Shown one piece after another: positions 18,651-27,900 of a stretch of 64,000 nt of DNA (the first letter of the stretch is position 1; each line of letters starts with the position of its first letter). The notes under the pieces were generated by a model, which was not told where the DNA came from, made no database searches, and saw nothing but the letters and a program-made list of their open reading frames with translations. Source of the stretch: Coraliomargaritaceae bacterium. GTDB taxonomy: Bacteria; Verrucomicrobiota; Verrucomicrobiia; Opitutales; Coraliomargaritaceae. The translations under genes and the position numbers were made by a program. The stretch lies in the NCBI GenBank assembly GCA_965656495.1, contig CBFHKU010000003.1, forward strand, positions 64,001 to 128,000, read 5' to 3'.

Positions 18651-19950
18651 GGATAAACTCCACAAATTTTGAATAGGCTTTTGATCGATCAAATAAGGCT
18701 TCCGCCATCTTTCTAGCGTTGGCACTGTGGCGGTTTAAAATATTCAAATTAAACAAGTAATTCTCAAAGGCGGCATGGAGTGATTCCACGTCGCCTTCTT
18801 TGTGTTCGGAGCCCGCATTGTATTTTCTAAGTAGTTGCCCGAGTTCGCCGCCGAGGCAGCTTAGAATAGGCAGTCCTGCCGCAGCGTATTCCGCTACCTT
18901 GTAGGGACATGCGACCAGAGTTTCGGGTTTGTTGGTGACGAGGCCAATGTCTGCGTTGAGAAGAAGTTCGTTGACGCTTTGTTTATCGAGTTGGCCGTGA
19001 AATGTTACAACAGCGGAGTGGGAGAGCAGCTGGTGCTCTTGGCAGTATTTTTTTAATTCAGGCTCTTGGCTGCCGGTTCCTGCAAAGTGAAGATGAATGG
19101 ATATATTTCCGGATTCTCTGCATTTCTGGACAGCTTGTACGACGGTGCGAAGGTCGTAGCCTTCATTCATTGAGCCTAGACAGACTGCTTGTAATTCTTT
19201 AGATACGGATTCCGGTGTTGTTGCTTCCAGTTCTATGTTTTGGAAGCGGGAAAGGTCAGTCCCATGGTAGCAAAGATGCGTCGGGGTTGTGGAGTTTTCT
19301 TGTAGGTATTGATTTGCGAGATTCAGGTATGTCTGCCCAACCGCAGAAATTTTATACGCTTTTGTATAAGCTTGTTTGGCGGAAAAGTGCATCGGGTATA
19401 GGAGCCCGTTTTTGAGTTGTTTGGGGATCCATTTTGGCAGTGCCCGATAGAATGTTTCTGGCCAAGCATCCATGATGTCGACCACAACCTGGCACCTTCT
19501 GCTGCGATTGTTGGGCAATGACTGATTCACATAATCCCTGATCTTAAATGCCTGCTCGGCGACTCCTAGCGGTGGAAGCGATACTACAATGCGGTCGGGA
19601 GCTTTGAGGGTGCCATTCTTTAGCCCAGTGATGGCGTTCTTGTAGAAGCCAACGCCGAAGGCTTTGTGATTCCTTAACCGAGCGATACTGATGTTCTTGG
19701 TATAAGGCGGGGTCTCGATCAGACGGACGACAAAGCCGTCGGTGTCAGGGCAGGGCGGGCGCTTGGTTTTGCTGAGATGGGAAAAGTCGGAGGACCACCA
19801 GATGACTTCGTGTCCCTGTTCTGCTAATACGCGGCAGAGCGTCCAATAGCGTAAGGGCAGATCCGTTTCGTTAGGTAGTTGATCGAAGGGATTGACGACC
19901 CAAACGACTTTTGGGGTGCTGGATATTTCGTTCTGTTGCTCGCAAGACAT
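18640..19950 (-). CDS. Glycosyltransferase family 4
   Basis: DIMDAWPE, PYKVAEYAAAGLPI; GT-B length; overlaps the convergent GT2 by 11 bp. Confidence 0.8.
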   Translation of the reverse strand: MSCEQQNEISSTPKVVWVVNPFDQLPNETDLPLRYWTLCRVLAEQGHEVIWWSSDFSHLSKTKRPPCPDTDGFVVRLIETPPYTKNISIARLRNHKAFGVGFYKNAITGLKNGTLKAPDRIVVSLPPLGVAEQAFKIRDYVNQSLPNNRSRRCQVVVDIMDAWPETFYRALPKWIPKQLKNGLLYPMHFSAKQAYTKAYKISAVGQTYLNLANQYLQENSTTPTHLCYHGTDLSRFQNIELEATTPESVSKELQAVCLGSMNEGYDLRTVVQAVQKCRESGNISIHLHFAGTGSQEPELKKYCQEHQLLSHSAVVTFHGQLDKQSVNELLLNADIGLVTNKPETLVACPYKVAEYAAAGLPILSCLGGELGQLLRKYNAGSEHKEGDVESLHAAFENYLFNLNILNRHSANARKMAEALFDRSKAYSKFVEFILNF

Positions 19951-19959
19951 AAGATCGAA

Positions 19960-21339
19960 TTAGGCGGAGACAGATTGGAGAAAGTCAGCGATAAGTTTTG
20001 TGCGATCAAAGTTTGTTTGAACTGCCGCATGGGCGCGGGCTTGCATGGCAGCCCGCTCTTCTTCGCATTGGTCGGCGGCTGCCTTGAGGGCAGCGACTGC
20101 GGCGTCGACATCGCCGTGCTCAATCGACCAGCCGACAGGCTCTACCTGTGATGATTGATGATTGATGGTTGATACTTGATCGGGTTCAATGATGTCGCTG
20201 AGGTAGCTGTCTTTCGGGCCAAGGGTAAGCACTGCTCGGCCAATGCTGAGGGCTCCATAGATTTTACAGGGGTGTACTATCCCGCTCATATTTTCGCCTA
20301 GAGAGACGATATGCAGGTCGGCGGCGGAAAGGGAGTAGCGTATCTGATCGAGCGGTTGGTAGGGGAGAGACACGACCGAAGGTCGTGATGTTGAAGGTGG
20401 GAAAGTTTGAATGTGTGAAGGTTGTTTACTTCTTCCCTTATCTGCCTGAGGGATAAATTCGTTGTCAGACTTTCTTACTTTCTTACTTTCATACTTTCGC
20501 ACCCAGTCGTCGATGCGTGCATCGACGACGGCCTTTCCTTTGCCGCCGCCGATGAAGGCGAAAACGAAGCGTGGGTCGTCCGCAAGTTTTTCGGCGGCAT
20601 CCAGTATCGTGTCGAGCGGATGTACGATACTGTGATTGCCGCTATACATTACAACGAACTTGTTCTCCCAGCCTTGTGCTTTGCGGAAAGGATTATCGGC
20701 ATGGGCAACGGGGTCTAAATGATCATCCATTGGCCAGGGAGGGATGACATGAATTGGAGCTCTTAAATCTTTTTCAGGATCACGAAGCTTTGCTTCAAGG
20801 CGAGCTTTCATGAAGCGATCGAGCGCGATAATGGTATCGGCGCGTTTAAGAATACGTCGGTTCAGCCAATCCATCGCAAGGACCAAGGGGTGACCCTTGC
20901 CGAATTTCCCCATCGCGATGGCTTGATCCGGATTGATGTCCATCACCCAGTAGTGCACCTTCAGGCGGGGACGAAAAAATCCAATAGTGACGGCGCATAT
21001 CGCAGCCATGGGTGGGGAGGTTGAAACGAGCAGGTCGGTCAGTTTTCGGTTAAACAGCCCATGAAAGATACATTGGCAGAGAAAAGAAAGTTGAGCCAAA
21101 ATACGAATTGCCAGGTTGGCTTTACCCAATGAAGCAAGCTTCAGTCGCCGGATATGGATCCCATCGCGCGCTTCTTTCGCCTTAAAGACTTCAGCAGGAT
21201 TATCATAACCTCGGATTGCAGTTAGAACCTCAACGGCATTTCCCTTTTTTACTAAAGTTTGTGCTGCTTCATCCAAATATTGGCCGACAGCGGCGGGGTC
21301 GGGCGGGAAAACCTGAGTGATAATGAGGAACCGTTTCAT
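19960..21339 (-). CDS. Glycosyltransferase family 4 (WbuB/WcaI-like) carrying two repeat-derived in-frame inserts
   Basis: QVFPPD, STSPP, WVMDINPD, YSGNHS, HPCKIYG. Confidence 0.85.
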   Translation of the reverse strand: MKRFLIITQVFPPDPAAVGQYLDEAAQTLVKKGNAVEVLTAIRGYDNPAEVFKAKEARDGIHIRRLKLASLGKANLAIRILAQLSFLCQCIFHGLFNRKLTDLLVSTSPPMAAICAVTIGFFRPRLKVHYWVMDINPDQAIAMGKFGKGHPLVLAMDWLNRRILKRADTIIALDRFMKARLEAKLRDPEKDLRAPIHVIPPWPMDDHLDPVAHADNPFRKAQGWENKFVVMYSGNHSIVHPLDTILDAAEKLADDPRFVFAFIGGGKGKAVVDARIDDWVRKYESKKVRKSDNEFIPQADKGRSKQPSHIQTFPPSTSRPSVVSLPYQPLDQIRYSLSAADLHIVSLGENMSGIVHPCKIYGALSIGRAVLTLGPKDSYLSDIIEPDQVSTINHQSSQVEPVGWSIEHGDVDAAVAALKAAADQCEEERAAMQARAHAAVQTNFDRTKLIADFLQSVSA

Positions 21340-21436
21340 ATGCCTTAAGGTAAGGTTGTGTCGTAATTAGATTCATTCGCAATGCTGAATGAACTCGAAA
21401 TTTTTAATCAGCGCACTAAGTTGTTCGTTCTGTAAT

Positions 21437-23878
21437 ATGCGTTTTTTCACGATTTTTGTATTATTAATGCCTCTTGTCTTGAGCGCGAGCACTCCAGATA
21501 GTCGAGTCAAAAATATTCCCAATACCGCGCGGCTGGAACTGGCGGCGGTGCGGGAGGTGGTGTTGCCGGAGGGGGCTTCGGAAAAGTTGGTGGCGGCGGT
21601 TGGGGATTTGCAGGTGGTCTGGGCTGAACGGGTGCGGGGTTCGAGCGGGCTTAACTTGGCGACGGGAGCGCCGTCTAAGTTTTCGATCGTGTTGGAGTAT
21701 CGCGATGTGCCGGCATGGGTGCGTTTGTGGCGGCCCTGGCCGGCGGGGAGTTTTACGATTTCCCGGGAGCGGAGCCGGGTCTACATTCGGGCGGTAGGCG
21801 ATGCGGGTTTGCTGAATGGAGTCTATGCGCTTTGTCATGAGGTGCTGGGGGCGCGCTGGTATTGGGCGGGGGATTTGGGGAAAGCCTATGTGGGCGAAGT
21901 GCCGCGCTTTTTTCCGGAACGTTTCGGGTCGCGTTCGCCCGCTTTTGTGCAGCGCAGGATGTATCCGATGAACAACGACTTCGGACGGCGGAATCGTTTG
22001 GTTGGGGGTTACAGTTTTAATCACAACATGGCGAGGGTCTTCAGTCCGAAGGTCTACGCGGCTGACCCGGAGATTTTTCCGGTGGTGCGGGGAGTGAAGA
22101 AAATCCCGAAGGGCAGCGGGGCGTATGATGCCATGCCGGATCTCTTGCATCCACGGTCAGTGGAAATCGCGGCGGAGGCGGCCTTGGAGCATTTCGCGGC
22201 GAATCCGGAGAGTGTCAGCTTTTCGCTCTCGATCAATGACAATACCAATTTCGACGGGCAGGCACAGACCCGCGAATTTTTCGGGGAGATGGAGTTTTAC
22301 CGCAGGCGCCCGAATTTCTCGGACTATGTTTTCCGTTTTATGAATGCGGTAGCAAAGCAAGTCTTTGATGAGGGGGGTGCATGGAAGACGCCTGATGGGG
22401 AAGACCGCTATCTTACCGCACTGGCTTATCATTGGACGGAGCAATCGCCGGGCTTTAAGCTGCACCCCCGGGTCATGCCGGTGCTAACTTCAGACCGCGC
22501 GCAGTGGCACGATCCCGACTATCGCATGGATGACCGCGCCCTTATAAAACGTTGGTCGCGGAGCGGGACAAAACGAATCGCCACTTGGGATTATTATTTT
22601 GGTTCGCCTTACCCTTATCCTCGGCAGTTTAACCAATGGATCAGCGAAAGCATCAGGCACCTGGCGAAGAACAAGGTAACGGTGTTTTTCTCGCAACTGC
22701 CCTCGGCATGGGGCTTGGATGGTGGCAAGGCATGGTTGGCCTCGCGGCTCTTGTGGAATCCCTCTCTGGATACAGAGGAATTGTTGGATGAATTCTACAC
22801 TACCTTCTTCGGGCCGGCGGCGGGTGCGATGCGGGCTTTTTATGAAAGGGCGGAGGCGCATCGCAACGCTCATGAAGGGGAGTGGTGTTGGATCAAGCAT
22901 TATCTGGACGAAGCCGCGATTGAACTCTTTCCGCCGACGGTTTTGCGGGAAATGCGCGACTCGATCGAGGCGGGTCGTGCGAGCGTGTCAGCAGATTCAA
23001 TCTACGCGAAACGCATTGCGGTGGTTTCAGACGCTTTCGGTTTTACGGAACAGTACGCCGTATACCAGACCGCGCGGCGCGAGCTGGTGGATGCGACTCT
23101 GGCAGAAAGCCCCTCGCTCGCGGGTAAAATCGGAACCTTCCTCGAGGCGCGGGTCGGCTTTGAAGGGTATGCGGAGAATCTTTTGCAGGATCCCATGCAC
23201 GCGCGGCTGGAATACTTCATGCGCTTGAATCAATCCGACCCGGTGCCGATGGCGTTGGGGGTCGCGGCGCGACTGGAGGCTTCCTTGGATGGTCTGGATC
23301 TCACTGACTATGCCGCGAATCTGGAGGTTGCCGCACGTTGGGCAAAGCAGCCGACGGCTTTTAAGAAAGTTTTCTGGAACGAGGACCTCAGGCATCAATT
23401 TGGAATGACCCGAGCCCGAACATTCTATGAGCCGAGTATTCCGAAAATCTATGATTGGTCGCTTGGTCTGCGGGCGGCAGAGCATCTGCGTATCGCGCCT
23501 GCTTCGGGGAATGCCGGCCTTCTTATTATGCACGCAGACTACGTGAATTTTTATAGCGATGTGCGTTTGAAAAACACCCGCGATTACGTGATAGAATTTG
23601 AACTGGAAGCTCTAAACAGTCCGGACAATCGGATTTTTGTGCAGGCGATATGGAAGGATGCCGACAATAAAAAGATTCGGAATGATAAGCTGCTGCAGTT
23701 ACCGAACGACGAGGCTGGGCGGAGCTATCGTTTTTTCATTCCGGTGCGATCACCGGAGGCGGCTGCGTTTCTTCAGGTTCGTTTGAAAACTGAGCGCCAA
23801 TATCCGGGCGATTACTTAAAAGTTATGCGCGCCCAAGTGCACGCGGGACTCAAGGACTCCGCCGCGGCGGCGCAATAA
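21437..23878 (+). CDS. Secreted DUF4838-type (glycoside-hydrolase-like) protein
   Basis: Signal-peptide-like N-terminus; GLLNGVY..LGARWY, SPAFVQR, FSLSINDN, LASRLLWNP..LLDEFY..FFGPAA pattern. Confidence 0.6.
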   Translation: MRFFTIFVLLMPLVLSASTPDSRVKNIPNTARLELAAVREVVLPEGASEKLVAAVGDLQVVWAERVRGSSGLNLATGAPSKFSIVLEYRDVPAWVRLWRPWPAGSFTISRERSRVYIRAVGDAGLLNGVYALCHEVLGARWYWAGDLGKAYVGEVPRFFPERFGSRSPAFVQRRMYPMNNDFGRRNRLVGGYSFNHNMARVFSPKVYAADPEIFPVVRGVKKIPKGSGAYDAMPDLLHPRSVEIAAEAALEHFAANPESVSFSLSINDNTNFDGQAQTREFFGEMEFYRRRPNFSDYVFRFMNAVAKQVFDEGGAWKTPDGEDRYLTALAYHWTEQSPGFKLHPRVMPVLTSDRAQWHDPDYRMDDRALIKRWSRSGTKRIATWDYYFGSPYPYPRQFNQWISESIRHLAKNKVTVFFSQLPSAWGLDGGKAWLASRLLWNPSLDTEELLDEFYTTFFGPAAGAMRAFYERAEAHRNAHEGEWCWIKHYLDEAAIELFPPTVLREMRDSIEAGRASVSADSIYAKRIAVVSDAFGFTEQYAVYQTARRELVDATLAESPSLAGKIGTFLEARVGFEGYAENLLQDPMHARLEYFMRLNQSDPVPMALGVAARLEASLDGLDLTDYAANLEVAARWAKQPTAFKKVFWNEDLRHQFGMTRARTFYEPSIPKIYDWSLGLRAAEHLRIAPASGNAGLLIMHADYVNFYSDVRLKNTRDYVIEFELEALNSPDNRIFVQAIWKDADNKKIRNDKLLQLPNDEAGRSYRFFIPVRSPEAAAFLQVRLKTERQYPGDYLKVMRAQVHAGLKDSAAAAQ

Positions 23879-24434
23879 TCCAGAGCACGGGGGGCAGGGC
23901 TTTCTTGCCCAGGGCGGGGTCGTAGCACTCCACTCGCCAGCCTTCCGATTCTTTTGCGCGCATCCACGAGGCCACTGCATCCGCCTCGTTCGACCCGCCG
24001 GGGTGCGCGCGGTACGCGGTCACGAGTAGGAGCCCATCCGGCGCAAGGAGGCGGCCGCTGGCATCCAAAGCCCTTACGGTGTCGCTTGCCTGAGTCTGGA
24101 TCGTCTTTTCGCTGCCGGGCAGATAGCCGAGATTAAAAACGATCACTTGGGCGGTGGCGGGCGATTGCTCCGCAAGGGTAGCCAGCACGGTGGCATGGTT
24201 GTCTTGATGGAGCTGCACTTGCTCAAGGCAGCCCCCTTCGCGCAGACGTTCCCGCGTGGCACCGATGGCGGCAGCCTGCACATCGATCGCGCAGACGCGC
24301 CCGGTTGCGCCCACCTGTTCTGCAAGCAGGAGACTGTCGTGTCCATTCCCGGCGGTGGCATCGACCGCGAAGTCGCCTGGGCGCAAGTGGGCTTTGATTC
24401 GATCGTGGACGAGTTGGGTTAAACGCTGCTTCAT
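23850..24434 (-). CDS. Class I SAM methyltransferase of the YtqB/MnmM family
   Basis: DATAGNGHDS, IDVQ, VFNLGYLPG, YRAHPGGSNE. Confidence 0.8.
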   Translation of the reverse strand: MKQRLTQLVHDRIKAHLRPGDFAVDATAGNGHDSLLLAEQVGATGRVCAIDVQAAAIGATRERLREGGCLEQVQLHQDNHATVLATLAEQSPATAQVIVFNLGYLPGSEKTIQTQASDTVRALDASGRLLAPDGLLLVTAYRAHPGGSNEADAVASWMRAKESEGWRVECYDPALGKKALPPVLWIIAPPRRSP

Positions 24435-24436
24435 TT

Positions 24437-24690
24437 AAACACAGAGGATTGGAGTTATAGAAAAACGCGGAGGATCAAAGAATTGGAGTTGTGGATATTA
24501 TAAACGCAGAGGATCAAAGAAATGGAGTTATTTATTATAAACGCGGAGGATCAAAGAATCGGAGTTATGGATGTAATAAACGCAGAGCATCAAAGAATCG
24601 GAGTTATGGATGTAATAAACGCAGAGCATCAAAGAATCGGAGTTGTTGATTTAATGAATATCTCTCCGTTCCTCTGCTCCTCTGCGTTAA
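24437..24690. repeat. Tandem 37-39-bp repeat array closed by one inverted copy
   Basis: Units AAACGCRGAGSATCAAAGAAWYGGAGTT start at 24463, 24502, 24539, 24578, 24617 (truncated unit at 24437); inverted copy CTCTCCGTTCCTCTGCTCCTCTGCGTTAA at 24662-24690. Confidence 0.95.
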
Positions 24691-24707
24691 TAATTTGATG
24701 GGCTCAA

Positions 24708-25799
24708 TCAGGGTTGGCGCAAAAAGCGGGCGAGGTCGGTTTCGGGATAAAGAGGGCGCTCGTGCAGGAGATAATCGACAAACTGACGGGTCATGAGTGG
24801 AGCGAGGGAAGCGCCTTTTGAACCGAGGCCGTTGAGGAGATAGAGTCCTTTCTTTTGAGGGTGCTGTCCCATTATGGGGCGGGCATCTACGGTGCTGGGA
24901 CGCAGACCTGCGAGGTGTTGCTCGATTTCCAACTCGGGCACTTTCTTTAGTATTTTTGCCAAGCCTTCAAGGAGGGCGGTCTTCGCGGCGGCAGTCGGTG
25001 TTTCGCTCAAATCCTCCTCGTCATAAGTGGCGCCGATGCGGAAGCGGTTTTCGCCGTAGGGCAGGAGCCATTTTCCGTTGTGGAAGATGGAGTGGGGGAG
25101 TTGCAGTTCCGGGCAGGAGAAGGCAAGGGTCTCGCCCTTAACCGGCTTCATCGCCAAGTCGGGGAAAAATGGATTTTGAGTGACGGCGGCGCCTTCGCAA
25201 AAAACGACCTGCTGCGCGGTGACATTTTTATACTGCCAAAGCCCTTCCGCTCCTTGCTGGAGCGCGTGGTGGTCAAAGTATTCCTCGCGGTAGCAATCCG
25301 CCGCCACGAGGTCGGCCCGCATCGCCGCGAGTAAGGGCGGGAGATCCACGTAGGCTGCGCCGTGAATTTCAAAACTCCCGCAGGGATCCTGCAAGGCCTC
25401 GGGGCCTTCACCCGCCGGGCTGAGTTTCCCCAACACATCGGCGTAGCGGGGATTGCGCGAGCGACGCCCGATGCGTTTGAGGTCTGCTTCATTCTGGCAG
25501 AAACGTCGCAAGGGGATGGGGTGGTAAATTTGAATGCCAAGCTCCGCCTCGATGGTGCGGTAGCTGTGCTCTGCTTCGGGGAGGAGTGCATCAATTTGCC
25601 AGCTTTTGACCGCCCATCGTCCCGTCACCGGATTGATAACCCCCGCCGCGACCGAAGCCGCACAGGGCTTTGAGGAATCACCCACCACAAGGACCCGTTG
25701 CCCCGCGGCACGCAGACGCCATGCCAGCAGGCATCCAGCTAGACCCGCCCCCACAATGAGGGTGTCGGGCGCTGCTGCTTCTTGGTTGATCGTTTCCAC
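24708..25799 (-). CDS. FAD-dependent DAO-family oxidoreductase (MnmC C-terminal domain-like)
   Basis: IVGAGLAG, ASVAAGVINP, PVKGE, IGATY, AGLRPS, NGLGSKG. Confidence 0.85.
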   Translation of the reverse strand: METINQEAAAPDTLIVGAGLAGCLLAWRLRAAGQRVLVVGDSSKPCAASVAAGVINPVTGRWAVKSWQIDALLPEAEHSYRTIEAELGIQIYHPIPLRRFCQNEADLKRIGRRSRNPRYADVLGKLSPAGEGPEALQDPCGSFEIHGAAYVDLPPLLAAMRADLVAADCYREEYFDHHALQQGAEGLWQYKNVTAQQVVFCEGAAVTQNPFFPDLAMKPVKGETLAFSCPELQLPHSIFHNGKWLLPYGENRFRIGATYDEEDLSETPTAAAKTALLEGLAKILKKVPELEIEQHLAGLRPSTVDARPIMGQHPQKKGLYLLNGLGSKGASLAPLMTRQFVDYLLHERPLYPETDLARFLRQP

Positions 25800-25864
25800 C
25801 GCTTTACGTATTACTTATTAACCTCAAACATCAACCTGAAAGCCTCCCGCCGCAAACACTTCCT

Positions 25865-26323
25865 GTGAAGCTGCTCCAAAAAATCCGCCGTCTTTTCTCG
25901 CCCAAGCTACGTCCGCCGGGCCCAGAGGCTACAACTGCGGAAAAGGGCCGTTTCGGAGAAGACCTGGCGGCACAATTTTGCCGTGAGAAGCTCCATTACC
26001 GCATCATTGCCCGAAATTGGCGCTGCGGACACGACGAGATCGATCTTATTTGCCGCGATAACAAAGTGCTGGTGTTCATCGAAGTGCGTACCCGCAAAGC
26101 AGGGGCACGCATTCAAGGCGTCCAGTCCGTGGATCGCCGCAAGCGCCGCAAATTGAAGCGTGCCTGCCGTAATTATCTCTATCGCCTCCGCGAGCCGGCG
26201 CCCCATTTCCGTTTTGACATTATCGATATTGCCCTCTCCAAAAAAGGAGTGGGAAAGATTCGCCATTTCCCAAATATTCAGCTTTTCTCCAAACACTTTA
26301 GTGTCCCTATTTGCTCAAAATGA
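25865..26323 (+). CDS. YraN family putative endonuclease
   Basis: GRFGEDLA, IIARNWR, EIDLI, LVFIEVRTR, RFDII. Confidence 0.9.
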   Translation: MKLLQKIRRLFSPKLRPPGPEATTAEKGRFGEDLAAQFCREKLHYRIIARNWRCGHDEIDLICRDNKVLVFIEVRTRKAGARIQGVQSVDRRKRRKLKRACRNYLYRLREPAPHFRFDIIDIALSKKGVGKIRHFPNIQLFSKHFSVPICSK

Positions 26324-27879
26324 CAGAACTTAACGAAGCTTCCCGCCATCCATTCCTGGAAGGCCTCAGTAAGCACCGGGGTGCGCCGCCGACCGTCATG
26401 GTCATTTTTGGTGCTTCCGGCGACTTGGCCGCGCGTAAACTCATCCCTGCGATTTTTAATCTCGGCATTGATAATTTACTGCCCGGTGAATTCCACCTGA
26501 TTGGGTATGGTCGCCGTGAAATGAGCGACGAGGCCTTTCGTAGCGACATGGATGCCGCCATTGAGTCGCACTCCCGCCGCCCCCTTGATCCGGCGATTTG
26601 GGAGCGGGTACGCGAAGGGATGAGTTACCAGCCGGGCGGCTACGACGACCCCAAGGTCTTTGAAATTCTAGCGGAACGAATTGCGAAAATAGAGACTGAA
26701 CTCGGTCGCGAAGTTCAGCGCCTGTTCTATATCTCGACCCCGCCGAGTGTCTTTGAGCCGATCATCGAAAACCTCGGACGCTCGGGTTTGGCAAAAGCGC
26801 ATTTGCATACTCCCTTCGCTTCCAAGGTGATTGTTGAAAAACCCTTTGGGCACGATCTCGAATCCGCCCGCGCTCTGAACGCCTCGATTCAAGAGGTCTT
26901 TGAGGAATCGCAGGTCTACCGCATTGACCATTACCTCGGGAAGGAAACCGTGCAGGATTTGCTCGTGCAGCGTTTTGCCAATTCCATCTTTGAGCCGATG
27001 TGGAATCGGGAACACGTGAACAATGTTCAAATCACGGTGGCGGAAAGTTTGGGGGTCGGTTCTCGTGGGGGTTACTACGATACCAGCGGAGCCCTGCGGG
27101 ACATGATCCAGAATCACACCATGCAACTGCTCGCGCTCACCGCAATGGAGCCGCCGGTTTCGCTCGACCCCGAATCCATTCGCGATGAAAAGGTCAAAGT
27201 TCTAAAAGCGATTCAGCCATTGAATTTGACTGCTCCCGGTCAGGGAGGGGACGTGGTGCGCGCCCGCTACACCAATGGAATTCTGAATGGCGATCCCGTT
27301 GCGGGTTACATGGAGGAATCCGGCATTCCGGCAGATTCCAATACGGAAACCTATGCGGCGCTGCGTCTATCGATCAATAATTGGCGCTGGAAAGGGGTTC
27401 CTTTTTATATTCGCTCCGGTAAGCGCATGGCACGCCGCGCCAGTGAAATCGCGGTACAGTTCAAGCGGCCTCCCGGGATTCTTTTTTCTGAAGGGGAGAA
27501 GTTTAACGTCGCGCCGAATACGATGGTCATTCGCATCCAACCGGACGAGGGGGTCACGCTGGTCCTGAACTCGAAGGTTCCGGGTCTGGAAACCCGCACC
27601 CAGCCGGTAAAAATGCATTTTCGATATGCCGCGACTTATGGTTCCAATACCCCGGAAGCCTACGAACGTTTGATTCTGGATGCGATGGTGGGGGACGGGA
27701 CGCTCTTCATCCGAGGGGATGAAACGGAGGCCTCCTGGAAATTGATCACGCCTATTTTGGAGCATTGGCAGGCGAGCGGAACGAAAGGCATGGAAGAATA
27801 TGCCGCCGGTTCCTGGGGCCCTGCGGCAAGTGATGCCATGCTGGCAGTCGCGGACAACACTTGGCGCAATGCCGGTTAA
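26320..27879 (+). CDS. zwf: Glucose-6-phosphate 1-dehydrogenase
   Basis: GASGDLAARK, EKPFG, RIDHYLGKE; ATGA overlap with the YraN stop. Confidence 0.97.
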   Translation: MTELNEASRHPFLEGLSKHRGAPPTVMVIFGASGDLAARKLIPAIFNLGIDNLLPGEFHLIGYGRREMSDEAFRSDMDAAIESHSRRPLDPAIWERVREGMSYQPGGYDDPKVFEILAERIAKIETELGREVQRLFYISTPPSVFEPIIENLGRSGLAKAHLHTPFASKVIVEKPFGHDLESARALNASIQEVFEESQVYRIDHYLGKETVQDLLVQRFANSIFEPMWNREHVNNVQITVAESLGVGSRGGYYDTSGALRDMIQNHTMQLLALTAMEPPVSLDPESIRDEKVKVLKAIQPLNLTAPGQGGDVVRARYTNGILNGDPVAGYMEESGIPADSNTETYAALRLSINNWRWKGVPFYIRSGKRMARRASEIAVQFKRPPGILFSEGEKFNVAPNTMVIRIQPDEGVTLVLNSKVPGLETRTQPVKMHFRYAATYGSNTPEAYERLILDAMVGDGTLFIRGDETEASWKLITPILEHWQASGTKGMEEYAAGSWGPAASDAMLAVADNTWRNAG

Positions 27880-27900
27880 GTAGCGGGCTATACTTTTGAG

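Noticed and set aside
24437..24650. CRISPR array
   Set aside because: Linkers are only 9-11 nt and resemble each other, repeats are degenerate, and no cas genes are present
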